Shown here: positions 10,092 to 19,579 of the stretch, piece by piece
Position numbering within the stretch: position 1 is the stretch's first letter
Layout: every line of letters begins with the position of its first letter
Assembly (NCBI GenBank): GCA_963767155.1
Contig: CAVYCU010000002.1
Span: 953,746 to 1,017,745, forward strand
DNA length: 64,000 nt
Direction of reading: 5' to 3'
Origin: an uncultured Acidimicrobiaceae bacterium
GTDB lineage: Bacteria; Actinomycetota; Acidimicrobiia; Acidimicrobiales; RAAP-2
The notes under the pieces: model-generated
Seen by the model: only the letters and a program-made list of their open reading frames with translations
Told to the model about the DNA's origin: nothing
The model's database searches: none
Made by a program: the position numbers and the translations under genes

Positions 10092-10122
10092 GATTTACCT
10101 CAGATTAACCTGAGATTTACCT
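10092..10122. promoter_or_regulatory. AT-rich direct repeat GATTTACCT x2 (22-bp spacing) with internal CTCAG/CTGAG inverted repeat, upstream of the MptB-like gene
   Basis: GATTTACCT sits at 10092-10100 and again at 10114-10122. The intervening ctcagattaacctgag is palindromic. This is the most AT-rich patch in the 9969-10166 intergenic region. Confidence 0.25.
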
Positions 10123-10166
10123 GGGATACGGTACACCAACGAGGGATGCTCAGGGCAAAGAGCCGT

Positions 10167-10865
10167 CTACGTCGCCTGAACCCCTCTGACGATGGCGTCT
10201 GCAAAGGCGACATCGGCCGCGTCCTGCGTGGCGGAACTCGGCGGATCACTCGCCAAGACGGTGGTCGGCAGACCGGGAGACAGGTGCAACATATCCGGCC
10301 CGAACCACGAGCCGTGGTCGCGCGCTTCGCTATTCCAGTCGACGACCCGGACGTTTGCGTGCTCCTCAGCGACCTCTCCGATTGCCCGGTTGATGGCCAG
10401 AGCATCGCTCTCCTTGTAATAGAACGGAGCATCGACTTTCGCATTCACGATCACCACATCGGCGTCCCCGACCTTGGCGACGAGTTGTTCCAACAACGCT
10501 GAATACTCGGCGATAGAGACAGTTCCACGTGCTAACTGCAGTGCATCGTTCGACGCCGTCTCCAGCACGATCACCCCATATGCCCCGTCTTTCACGTCGG
10601 CGTCCAGAGTCTCCTGCGCCCAAGAGGACGAAAGTGCGTGACCGGGGTCGACCGACACCTGACTCACGTACCCTGCCGCGGACAAGGAGGACTCGATCGA
10701 TGACTTCGCCTGCCAGGAAAGTGAATCGCCGACAACTGCCACGGTCCTGGCGCGCACTTCGGCCTCGTGGCTTATGTTCGCTGAGGCTCTCTCCGTATGG
10801 ACGGCGGCGACACCCAGTGTCACCGCAGCCAGGATCATGCACGCCACGACAACTGGCTTCATCAT
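10167..10865 (-). CDS. secreted SGNH/GDSL hydrolase
   Basis: GDS block VAVVGDSLSWQ and signal peptide MMKPVVVACMILAAVTLGVAAV. Start set to ATG at comp(10863..10865); the ORF track start at 10955 is also possible. Confidence 0.7.
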   Translation of the reverse strand: MMKPVVVACMILAAVTLGVAAVHTERASANISHEAEVRARTVAVVGDSLSWQAKSSIESSLSAAGYVSQVSVDPGHALSSSWAQETLDADVKDGAYGVIVLETASNDALQLARGTVSIAEYSALLEQLVAKVGDADVVIVNAKVDAPFYYKESDALAINRAIGEVAEEHANVRVVDWNSEARDHGSWFGPDMLHLSPGLPTTVLASDPPSSATQDAADVAFADAIVRGVQAT

Positions 10866-11101
10866 TCTCCGGCCCGTCCGGGACACGGCGGACGAGGCAA
10901 TTTTACCAGCACGTGGAGAGGGTTCGGATGCGGCCTCCCTGGCACCTGACTTCATGGGGCATCATGCGCTCACGATGTTGGAGGAGGGCATGTGTCGGCT
11001 GTGTGCCACCTGTCCCTTTCCCCAATGGGCGCCAGCCCCGCCGTCCGGTCGAGAATTGGATGCCGTTGCCGTAGAGAGAAGGCGGGCGTAGGTTCAGGGC
11101 T

Positions 11102-12466
11102 GTGAAACCTCCGCCCTTTGGCTATAGCGCACCGACGAGCCTGGACGAGGCGCTGGCCCTGCTGCAGGAGCACGGGGAGGATGCCAGGCCGCTCGCCGGA
11201 GGGCAGAGCCTGGTCCCGCTGTTGTCCCTGAGGCTGGCCCGACCTTCGCATCTGGTCGACCTGGCCGGAATCAGCGAGTTGGCGACCATCGTCGTCGAGG
11301 ACGGACATCTGGTCATAGGCGCAATGACCAGAGAGCGGCAAGCCGAGCGCCATGACGATGTCCACCGCCTGGCTCCGCTTCTCGCCCTGGCGCTGCCCCT
11401 CATCGGCCACCCCGCTATCCGCAGTCGGGGCACGATCGGGGGCAGTCTGGCCCACGCCGACCCCGCGGCCGAATTACCCGCGGTTGCCCGGTTGCTTGAC
11501 GCGGAACTTGTGGCCCAGAGCCTCGGACAGGGCATACGCATCATCGATGCAGCCGACTTCTTCGCCGGTTTTTTCACGACGGCCCTGAGGCCCGATGAGA
11601 TCCTCACCGCGGTCCGGATACGGCCTCCGGAACCGGGTACCGGCAGCGCGATCGAGGAAGTCGCCAGGAGGCACGGCGATTTCGCCATGGTCGGTGCGGC
11701 GGCGATGATTCGCCTGACGGATGGGAAGATCGCCGAGGCTCGAGTCGTTTTGACCGGGGTCAGCGATGTCCCGGTGCGCGCCACCGAGGCCGAAACGATC
11801 CTGGGGGGTGCGGAACCCACCCGGGAAGCCTTCGCCGCTGCGGCCGAGGACGCCGCAGAAGCCCTGTCGCCCCCGGCGGATCTCCATGGCTCCTCCGCCT
11901 ATCGCCGCCATCTTGCCGTTGTGCTCATGAAGCGGACGCTCGCGCTCGCCACCCAGCGCGGCGAAGGTGGCGGCGTGAACACCTTCGACATCGAACTCAC
12001 CGTCAACGGGACACTGCGGCAGGGCGCAGTCGAACCTCGCCGCACCCTGGCCGATTTCTTGCGGGAGGACCTCGGGCTCACCGGCACCCACCTCGGCTGC
12101 GAGCACGGCGTCTGCGGTGCCTGCACGGTCCTGGTCAACGGCGAACCGGCGCGATCGTGTCTCATGCTCGCTGTCCAGGCACGAGGAGCCGACATCCTCA
12201 CCATCGAGGGCCTCGCGAACGACGGCATGATGAACCCTCTGCAGCAGGCGATGTGGGAGTCGCACGGATTTCAGTGCGGCTTCTGCACGCCCGGGTTCCT
12301 CATGCAGATCACCGCTTTGTTGGCCGAGAACCCTGACCCGGCCGAGGCGGAGATCCGTGAAGCACTGTCCGGCAACCTCTGTCGCTGTACCGGCTACGAG
12401 AGCATCGTCAACGGGGTGCTGCGAGCAGCCGGGCACGACAGCTCCCTCTCCGGGCCACGGCACTAA
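11102..12466 (+). CDS. fused FAD-binding (CoxM-like) and [2Fe-2S] (CoxS-like) subunits of a molybdenum hydroxylase
   Basis: 454-aa ORF. The N-terminal ~290 aa form a flavoprotein subunit ([32 protein letters not shown]). The C-terminal ~165 aa form a 2Fe-2S subunit ([27 protein letters not shown]). An internal GAAGGTGG plus GTG at 11975 marks the junction. Confidence 0.85.
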   Translation: MKPPPFGYSAPTSLDEALALLQEHGEDARPLAGGQSLVPLLSLRLARPSHLVDLAGISELATIVVEDGHLVIGAMTRERQAERHDDVHRLAPLLALALPLIGHPAIRSRGTIGGSLAHADPAAELPAVARLLDAELVAQSLGQGIRIIDAADFFAGFFTTALRPDEILTAVRIRPPEPGTGSAIEEVARRHGDFAMVGAAAMIRLTDGKIAEARVVLTGVSDVPVRATEAETILGGAEPTREAFAAAAEDAAEALSPPADLHGSSAYRRHLAVVLMKRTLALATQRGEGGGVNTFDIELTVNGTLRQGAVEPRRTLADFLREDLGLTGTHLGCEHGVCGACTVLVNGEPARSCLMLAVQARGADILTIEGLANDGMMNPLQQAMWESHGFQCGFCTPGFLMQITALLAENPDPAEAEIREALSGNLCRCTGYESIVNGVLRAAGHDSSLSGPRH

Positions 12467-12480
12467 GGAGGAGCGACAAC

Positions 12481-14839
12481 GTGCAGAACATCGCCGAGCG
12501 ATTCACCGGAGCGAGCGTCAAGCGGTCAGAGGATCCCCGGATCCTGACCGGGGCGGGTCGGTACGTCGACGACGTCCGTCTCCCCGGCATGCTCCACGCC
12601 GTCCTTCGTGCGCAGCCCGTTTGCCCACGCCCGCATCACGAGCATCGACGTTGCCGAAGCCCGCAACGCGCCCGGGGTCATCGCGGTACTGACCGGGGAG
12701 GAACTGGAACGGCTCAGTGTCCGGGGACCGGGTTCCGCCGGGATGTTCGCCGGCAACCTGCCCGATGCCGTCGTTCAGCATCCTGGCCACCGACAAGGTG
12801 CGCCTGGTCGGAGACCCCGTCGTGCTGATCGTGGCCGAGAGCCGCTACCTGGCCGAGGACGCAGGCGAGCTGGTGGAAGTGGACTACGAGGAACTGCCGG
12901 CCGTGATCACCCCGGAGCAGGCACTCGACCCCGCCGGCCCGCCCATCTTCGAGGACTTGGGCAGCAACGTGCTGATCCACTCACCGGTCGGCCACCTTCG
13001 GCGACGTGGAGGGCGCCTTTGCCCGGGCCGACCGGGTGGTGCGGGCGGAACTGCGCCAGCACCGCCACCAGAACGTGCCGATGGAGTGTCGGGGAGTCGT
13101 GTGCAGCTTCGACCCCGAATCCGAAGAGCTCACCGTCTATTCCGCCACCCAGGGAGTTCATGTCGCCCGCATGGCGGATTCGCCAGCCAGCTCGACATGC
13201 CGATGGAAAAGGTGAGGGTCCTGGCCGGGGACATCGGCGGCTCGTTCGGGCTCAAGATCGGCGCGGCACGAGAGGACATCGCCTGCGCCGCCGCCTCCCG
13301 CCAGCTCGGCCGTCCGGTCCGGTGGATCGAGGACCGCAGCGAGAATCTGACCGCGTCCGGTCAGGCCCGGGACGAGAGCTTCGAGGTCGAGGCGGCGATC
13401 TCGGAGCAAGGCGACATCCTCGGCCTGCGGGTCAAGATGATCATCGACACCGGGGCCTACCCCGGCCTCGGGCGGCATGCTGCCTGAAATGGTGAAGTCA
13501 ATGATCTGCGGCCCGTACAAGATCGGCGCGCTGTCGTTCGAGTCCACCGCGGTGATCACCAACAAGGCCAGCTACATCGCATACCGCGGCCCGTGGGCCT
13601 CCGAGACGTGGGTGCGGGAGCGGATCATCGACCTGATCGCCAAGGAACTCGGCGATGGAGCCGCTCGAGGTGCGCCTCCGCAACGTGGTCACGCGTGGCG
13701 AGCCTCCGCTCGAGACGGTGACCGGTCGCAGCCTGGTCGGCATCACGTCGCGCGAATCGCTCGAGCGCATCGCCACGCTCGTCGACGTCGAGGCGTTCCG
13801 CCGCCGACAAGCCGAAGCCCGCACGCAGGGGCGGTACCTCGGGCTTGGGCCTGGCGACCTACATCGAGGCGGCCCCTGGTCCCCGGACACCTGAGGGCGC
13901 GGGCGGGGTGCTCGGCCCGGAGAAAATGCGGCTCCGGCTCGAAGAGGACGGCACCGTGACGGTCTTCACCTCACAAATGCCACACGGCCAGAGCCATCAG
14001 ACCACCCTGGCGCAGATCGCGGCTGACGAGTTCGGGGTGCCGTTCGACCAGGTTCGGGTTGTCGTAGGCGACACCGACGTTGTCCCGACGGGGTTCGGCA
14101 CGGGCGGCAGCCGGTCGGCGACGATGGCCGGCGGTGCGTCGCTGCACGGCGCCCGGTCCCTACGGGCCAAGGTGTTCGAGTTGGCCGCCCACCTCTTTGA
14201 GACCAGCCCTGAAGACATCGAGCTCTCCGGCGGTGCCGTCTCGGTCCGGGGGGTGCCCGCACGCGGCTACTCCGCCTCGGGGAGATCGCCCAGGCCGCCC
14301 ACCAGCCGGGGCGTGTGCCACCCGAGTTCGAAGGCGACGTCGAGGTCAACGCCGAATACGACGGTGGCGAAGGCGGCTGGGCCGGCGGGACACACGCCGC
14401 CATCGTCGAGGTGGATGTGGACACCGGGCAGGTGCGGATCGAGCGCTATCTGGTGGCCGAGGACTGCGGCGTTCTCATCAACCCGGCGATCGTGGAGGGA
14501 CAGGTGAGAGGTGGCGTGGCCCAGGGCATCGGTGCTGTGCTGCTCGAGCGCTCGGCCTACGATCCCGACAGCGGTCAGTTCCTTTCCAGCACGTTCATGG
14601 ACTACCTCCTCCCGACGGCGTACGAGATCCCCCGGATCGAGATCGAACATCTCGAAACCGTACCGCTGGACGCCGACGTGAACTTCCGCGGTGTGGGCGA
14701 GGGAGGAATGATCATCGCCCCGCCCACGCTGTGCAACGCCATCGAGGATGCCCTGTCTCCCCTGGGCGTCCGGGTCACCGAGCAGCACCTGCCGCCCTGC
14801 AGAATTCTGGAGCTCATGGGCGTCATTCCCACCGAGTAG
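12481..14839 (+). pseudogene. molybdopterin-binding large subunit (CoxL/xanthine dehydrogenase family), about 8 frameshifts
   Basis: Homology jumps between frames (coordinate mod 3). The order is [24 protein letters not shown] (frame 1), [30 protein letters not shown] (2), [21 protein letters not shown] (0) and [29 protein letters not shown] (1). It continues with [23 protein letters not shown] (0), [17 protein letters not shown] (1), EPLEVRLRNVV (2) and GLATYIEAAPG..GQSHQTTLAQIAADEFG (0). It ends with GEIAQAAHQPGRVPPEFEG..GVGEGGMIIAPPTLCNAIEDAL (2, stop at 14839). Confidence 0.85.
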
Positions 14840-14856
14840 TGAGGAGCGCACCTGGT

Positions 14857-14879
14857 GGGCCAGGACCGAACCCTGGCCC
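14857..14879. terminator. GC-rich hairpin between convergent genes (possible bidirectional terminator)
   Basis: gggccagg-accgaac-cctggccc forms a perfect 8-bp stem. It lies between the coxL-like stop (14839) and the cupin stop (14894). There is no U-tract. Confidence 0.35.
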
Positions 14880-14893
14880 GAACGACGGACCGT

Positions 14894-15211
14894 TCAGTCC
14901 TTCAGTTCGATCAGGATCTCGTAGTAACGCCGAGCGCCGACGTTCCGGGCCGTCTCGGTGCCTCCGGACCGCTGGTAATAGACCTTGCCTGGTTGGACCT
15001 CGGCCTCGATGTAGTGCGCCGAATCCACTCCCTCGGGCGGGACGCCGGCAATACGGTCCCCCTCGATGATCACCAGGAGGTAGTCCCGATCATGCCTGTG
15101 CAGATCAGACTCCTCGCCCGGCTGAAGGTCCATCTCCCACACTTTGACCCGCTCGTTCTCGAAGAGCACGGCGGTACCGACACCTCCGAGTTGATCCGCG
15201 TCATCAGACAT
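14894..15211 (-). CDS. cupin domain protein
   Basis: 105 aa from ATG at comp(15209..15211), preceded by GAAGGGGG. The sequence MSDDADQLGG..VWEMDLQPGEESDLHRHDRDYLLVIIEG has a cupin His/Glu pattern. The remainder of the 257-aa ORF is Arg-rich and overlaps the next gene. Confidence 0.7.
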   Translation of the reverse strand: MSDDADQLGGVGTAVLFENERVKVWEMDLQPGEESDLHRHDRDYLLVIIEGDRIAGVPPEGVDSAHYIEAEVQPGKVYYQRSGGTETARNVGARRYYEILIELKD

Positions 15212-15243
15212 CGCAGCCCCCTTCACTTCTCCGGTCGACTCCT

Positions 15244-16095
15244 TCACCATTCTGGCGCCCCGGCGCTTGCCAGCAACGACGAGCCATCGAGGGTGTGTAC
15301 CGCCAGCCCCAATTCGGTCAGGAGAGCGGCACTCGTGACAATACGTCCGGTCAGAACCGTTGCATCGCCGCAGGCAAGTGCGAAAGCCGCCTCTGCCATC
15401 TGTTCTACGGGTTCGAGCAGATTCGGACGTTGGGTTACCCGATCCTTGAGCTCCTCGAAACCCGCCGTCCGCACGCCGGCGACAGGCAGCAGCGCGTTGA
15501 CAGCTATGCCCTCGTCGTAAACCTCTGAGGCGAGCCCGGTCGTGAACCGCTCGAGGGCGGCTTTCGTCGCCCCGTAGTGCCAACCGACCTTGTAGAGGGG
15601 TGCGAGGTCGCCATAGGGAGGTGACCCTGCGTGGGCGGCGACAACGCTGGAGATGTTGACGATCCACCCTCTTCGTCGTTCCCGCATTCCTGGGATGACA
15701 GCCTGCGCCAACGCGAGCGGTGTCAGATAGTTGATTTCGACCAGCTGCCGGAGTCGATCGGAGCTCAGCTCGTCGAAAGGTCGGTAAACGGCGATGCCGG
15801 CGTTATTGACCAGTACGTCCACGGGCCCTAACGAACGCTCCACTTCCGGGATGATCCCCGCCACCGAGCGCCCGTCCAAGAGGTCAGCGACGATCGGGAT
15901 CCCACGGCCACCCGCCCGCTCGATCTCCCCGACTGTCTGCTCGAGTGATGTGCCGTCCGCCGATTCGTGAGACTTCAAGGTACGAGCGACGACAGCTACC
16001 TTCGCTCCTTCGGCGGCCAAACGGACCGCGATACCTGCACCAATGCCACGGCTGGCGCCAGTCACCACAACGACACGTCCGTCGAGCGCATGCAT
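15244..16095 (-). CDS. SDR family oxidoreductase
   Basis: VVVVTGASRGIGAGIA (TGxxxGxG), NNAG and YGATKAAL (YxxxK). Start set to ATG at comp(16093..16095). Confidence 0.85.
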   Translation of the reverse strand: MHALDGRVVVVTGASRGIGAGIAVRLAAEGAKVAVVARTLKSHESADGTSLEQTVGEIERAGGRGIPIVADLLDGRSVAGIIPEVERSLGPVDVLVNNAGIAVYRPFDELSSDRLRQLVEINYLTPLALAQAVIPGMRERRRGWIVNISSVVAAHAGSPPYGDLAPLYKVGWHYGATKAALERFTTGLASEVYDEGIAVNALLPVAGVRTAGFEELKDRVTQRPNLLEPVEQMAEAAFALACGDATVLTGRIVTSAALLTELGLAVHTLDGSSLLASAGAPEW

Positions 16096-16163
16096 TACCA
16101 ACGAACCATGCCATATTCGGGCACCGGACCACAGTGCGTCCCTCACTTACCAGGGCACGGTAC

Positions 16164-16850
16164 CTACCAGGGCACCGTGCCCGCTTGCTCGACAAAGGTG
16201 CCGGTGGGTCCATCCGATCCCACAGTCGCCATGCGCACGATGATCTCGGCGCCCTCCGACACTGACCACCCAGCCTGGCGCGGCGTGAATTCCGTTGCGG
16301 TGAGACCTGGCGTCACCGCGTTGACACGCCAGCGCGGGTACGCCTTGGCGTACTGGACGGTCAACATGTTGAGTGCCGCCTTCGACATCGGGTAGGCGAG
16401 CAGGGACCACGGCGAACCAGGATCAGCGTTGCGAGTCAGCGACCCCACGGCGCTGCTCACGTTGACCACCACGGGCACTGCACTGGCCTCGAGCAGTGGC
16501 GTGCATGCTTTCAAAACCTGTGCGACCCCGAAAACGTTGGTCTCGAAAACATGCCTCATGTCCTCGACAGTGGCTTCGTCCGGGCGCTCCTGCTCTCCGG
16601 CAATACCGGCGTTGTTCACCAGAATGTCGAGCGCACCTACCTCTGCGGCGAGGTGTTGTGCCGCTGATTGCACTGCTGTTGCATCGGTGACGTCGATCAC
16701 CAGTAGCCGCCCGCCCAGTTCGTTTGCGACTTGGCGACCGGTTTCGGGGTTACGTGCACCGACATAGACCGTGTGGCCCAATGCGATGAGGCGTCCCGCC
16801 GTCTCACGGCCGAGTCCCCTGGTAGCTCCGGTGATCAGAATTGTCGACAT
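16164..16850 (-). CDS. SDR family oxidoreductase
   Basis: 228-aa ORF with ILITGATRGLGRET, VNNAGIAG and YPMSKAALN. Confidence 0.85.
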   Translation of the reverse strand: MSTILITGATRGLGRETAGRLIALGHTVYVGARNPETGRQVANELGGRLLVIDVTDATAVQSAAQHLAAEVGALDILVNNAGIAGEQERPDEATVEDMRHVFETNVFGVAQVLKACTPLLEASAVPVVVNVSSAVGSLTRNADPGSPWSLLAYPMSKAALNMLTVQYAKAYPRWRVNAVTPGLTATEFTPRQAGWSVSEGAEIIVRMATVGSDGPTGTFVEQAGTVPW

Positions 16851-16957
16851 CCACTGAACCTATGGTTGGCAACCCACGCTCGAAGCGGCCCAGGAGGCGC
16901 GCAGCGTCTCGAACTCTTACAACCCTGGACCGCCGAACGGGGTCTAGGTCAATTTTG

Positions 16958-17030
16958 CAGCCCCAACGGGATTCGAACCCGTGTCGCCACCTTGAGAGGG
17001 TGGTGTCCTTGGCCTCTAGACGATGGGGCC
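16958..17030 (-). tRNA. tRNA-Glu (anticodon CUC)
   Basis: The reverse complement folds by hand into a cloverleaf. The acceptor is GGCCCCA/TGGGGCT, the anticodon arm is CCACC-CUCUCAA-GGUGG and the T-arm is ACGGG-TTCGAAT-CCCGT. No CCA is encoded. Confidence 0.85.
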
Positions 17031-17062
17031 GAGCGGAGGTTTCCCGGAGGAATCCGCCGGTG

Positions 17063-17134
17063 CTCGGGGGGAAGGACTCGAACCCTCAATAACTGGACCA
17101 GAACCAGTCGTGTTGCCGATTACACCACCCCCGA
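17063..17134 (-). tRNA. tRNA-Gln (anticodon CUG)
   Basis: The reverse complement is TCGGGGGTGGTGTAATCGGCAACACGACTGGTTCTGGTCCAGTTATTGAGGGTTCGAGTCCTTCCCCCCGAG. It has a U1-A72 acceptor, anticodon arm ACUGG-UUCUGGU-CCAGU and a TTCGAGT T-loop. Confidence 0.85.
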
Positions 17135-17188
17135 ATGGGTGGACGATCAGGATAGCCGAGCCGTAGGGGGTCGGCGGCGGGGAGGGGC

Positions 17189-17806
17189 CTAGGCATCGTG
17201 GAGCCATTCCAGGTGGTTGAAGCCCACGATGCGACCCAATCCGACTCCGACGGCCTCCTTCAGGAAATAGGGCACGGTCGACCAGCCGGTGATCGGTGAG
17301 GTCCTGGTGGGCGTCGGAGAGGGGATCAACCCGAGGGTTGAGGAGATGGCCATGGAGCGGTCCTCGTGGAAGGGGTCGGTGGTGACAAGCACGGATGTCG
17401 CGTGGCGGGCAATCAGTTGGGGGGCGGCATCGGCCACGTTGTCGTAGCTGTTGGTGCCGCCGGCCTCGAGGATGTCGTCGGCCGGGACCCCTCGCAGCTC
17501 GAGATAGCTCCTGCTCGCCCCGGCCTCCGTATCGAGATCACCCTTCTCCTTGCTCCCGGTCACCATGATGAGGTGCGCATCACCTTTGTGGAAGAGGATC
17601 AACGCCTCCTGCAGACGCGCCTGAAGATCGAGGGTGGGCGTCCCGTTGTACTCGGCCGCCCCCATCACCATGATCGCTCCGGCGGGGTGCGGGTCGTACT
17701 GCCGGGAAGTGAGCCAGACCTGAAGGAGAGTGACCCCGAAGTAGACGACGATGGCCAGCACGAGCAGACTGACGATGCGGAGGATGAGCCGCAGCGGAAA
17801 GAGCAT
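17189..17806 (-). CDS. YdcF/ElyC family (DUF218) membrane-anchored protein
   Basis: 205-aa ORF with an N-terminal TM helix followed by a DUF218-like core (AIMVMGAAEYNG.., LIMVTGSK.., VLVTTDPFHEDRS). Its start abuts the gltX stop. Confidence 0.7.
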   Translation of the reverse strand: MLFPLRLILRIVSLLVLAIVVYFGVTLLQVWLTSRQYDPHPAGAIMVMGAAEYNGTPTLDLQARLQEALILFHKGDAHLIMVTGSKEKGDLDTEAGASRSYLELRGVPADDILEAGGTNSYDNVADAAPQLIARHATSVLVTTDPFHEDRSMAISSTLGLIPSPTPTRTSPITGWSTVPYFLKEAVGVGLGRIVGFNHLEWLHDA

Positions 17807-19338
17807 CAGGTGCCCGCGGCCACCCGGGCGAGCGCGGACGAGAGGCGACGCCTCGTTTCGTCCCGACCGAGAACTTCCAGGGATTCGAACAAGGGAGGGC
17901 CCACGCGCTTGCCGGTCACGGCCACCCGAATGGGTGCCTGGGCCTTGCCCAACGCCCGGTCGTGTGCCAGCCCGATTTGGGCGGTGGTGTCGTGCAAGAC
18001 GTCACGCGTCCACTCGCACGTGGCGTAGGCGTCCAACGCCGCACGGAGAATGGACGGGGCTACCTCGTCGCGGCCGATGGCCTTCTGCCAGCTGTCCGGA
18101 TCGATGGAGGGATCGTCGACGAAGAAGAAATCCACCAAGGCGGGCACCTCGCTGAGAATCGCCACCCTCTCCTTCACCACGTCGGCCATGCGCGCGAAGA
18201 CGTCCGGATCGAAGCGCTCGGCCGGCCACGGTGGCCCCGCTATGGCCGCGGCGCCGCTGTCGGGGTCGTGCCACTGGCCGGCGGACCACTCGTCGGGCCG
18301 CGGGTCCACCCATGGCCGGGACTCCTCGATGAACTCGCTCGTCGAAAGCTCGCGGATGTAGACGCCGTTCATATGCGAGAGCTTGCGCACGTCGAAGAAG
18401 GCGGGCGAGCTCTGCACGTCCTCAATGCGAAATCTCTCGACCAACGTCGCAAGAGGCAGGATCTCCTCCTCGCCGGGGCTCCAGCCGAGGAGCGCCAGGT
18501 AGTTGCGGAAAGCGGTCGGGAGATAGCCCTGTTCGCGGTACATCTCGACGGCCACGGGGTCACGGCGCTTGGAGAGCTTCTTTCCCTGCTCGTTGACCAG
18601 CAGCGGAAGATGGGCGAACACGGGCAGGGCGAGGCCGGCGGACGTGGCCTGGTTCAGCGCCTCCCACAGCATGATCTGCTTCGGCGTATTGGGCAGATGC
18701 TCCTCCCCGCGGAACACGTGGCTGATGGCCATGGTGCGGTCGTCGACGACGTTGGCCAATGCGAACAAGGGCTTGCCGTTGCCCTTGACGCAGATGAAGT
18801 CCTCGGTGGCCCGGTTGGGGAACTCCACTTCGCCGCGGATGAGGTCGTGCACCGTGGTGCTGCCCACGTCCGGCGTGCGGAACCGTAGGGCGCGGCCCTC
18901 CCCGCGTGCCAGTCCGAGATCGCGGCAGTGTCCGTCGTAGCCGGGGGTCGGATCACCTGCGGCGGCACGCGCTCTGGTGCGCTCGTCGATCTCGGGCCGT
19001 GTGCAGGCACAGGCATAGAGGGCACCCGTTTCCCACAGCGCCTCGATAGCGCTCTGGTGCGCGTCGCCCTGCGCCGACTGGAAGTAGGGGCCCTCGTCGG
19101 GGGCCATGCCCAACCAATCGAGCGCGGCGATGATGCCGTCCGTCCACTCGACCCTGTTGCGCTCTTCGTCCGTGTCCTCAATGCGCAACACGAACGTTCC
19201 GCCCCGTTGCCGTGCGAAGAGCCAGTTGAAGAGGGCCGACCGGGCGCTCCCCACGTGGAAGTAGCCGGTCGGCGACGGGGCGAACCGAAGGCGCGGCGTC
19301 AGTCGTCCTCGGCTATGGAGATGGCCCCGGTCGGGCAA
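17806..19338 (-). CDS. gltX: glutamate--tRNA ligase
   Basis: 510-aa ORF with a class I HIGH-type motif (RFAPSPTGYFHVGSAR) and a KMSKS-type motif (KLSKR). The ATG at 19338 overlaps the ferredoxin gene by 40 nt, so the true start may be further downstream. Confidence 0.9.
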   Translation of the reverse strand: MPDRGHLHSRGRLTPRLRFAPSPTGYFHVGSARSALFNWLFARQRGGTFVLRIEDTDEERNRVEWTDGIIAALDWLGMAPDEGPYFQSAQGDAHQSAIEALWETGALYACACTRPEIDERTRARAAAGDPTPGYDGHCRDLGLARGEGRALRFRTPDVGSTTVHDLIRGEVEFPNRATEDFICVKGNGKPLFALANVVDDRTMAISHVFRGEEHLPNTPKQIMLWEALNQATSAGLALPVFAHLPLLVNEQGKKLSKRRDPVAVEMYREQGYLPTAFRNYLALLGWSPGEEEILPLATLVERFRIEDVQSSPAFFDVRKLSHMNGVYIRELSTSEFIEESRPWVDPRPDEWSAGQWHDPDSGAAAIAGPPWPAERFDPDVFARMADVVKERVAILSEVPALVDFFFVDDPSIDPDSWQKAIGRDEVAPSILRAALDAYATCEWTRDVLHDTTAQIGLAHDRALGKAQAPIRVAVTGKRVGPPLFESLEVLGRDETRRRLSSALARVAAGT

Positions 19339-19496
19339 CCGTTCACCGCCTCTTCCAACCTACGCCGGAACTCTTCGGGAGGGTTCTCGTTGAGGATGTA
19401 GAGATACCCGTCGTCGCGCACCTCGAAGACTTCGGGCAGGATGCCCATGCACACGGCATTGCTGGCACACTCGTCGAAGTCAACAACGACCTTCAC
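19299..19496 (-). CDS. small [3Fe-4S]-type ferredoxin
   Basis: 65 aa from GTG at comp(19494..19496), preceded by AGGAGG. VKVVVDFDECASNAVCMG...NGCPTGAI has a three-Cys pattern (CxxxxxC...CP). Confidence 0.75.
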   Translation of the reverse strand: MKVVVDFDECASNAVCMGILPEVFEVRDDGYLYILNENPPEEFRRRLEEAVNGCPTGAISIAEDD

Positions 19497-19579
19497 GGAC
19501 GACCTCCTGGTGGTTTGGCTACGGCCCCCGTCGAGCATATCGGCCGGACCCCGGCCGATAGGGGCCAGACGGTCGGCTT

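Noticed and set aside
16958-17134. tRNA pair as a possible integration site for a genomic island
   Set aside because: No integrase, excisionase or direct repeat of the tRNA 3' end is visible nearby. The flanking genes are ordinary metabolic or housekeeping genes. gltX next to tRNA-Gln and tRNA-Glu is a conserved actinobacterial arrangement.
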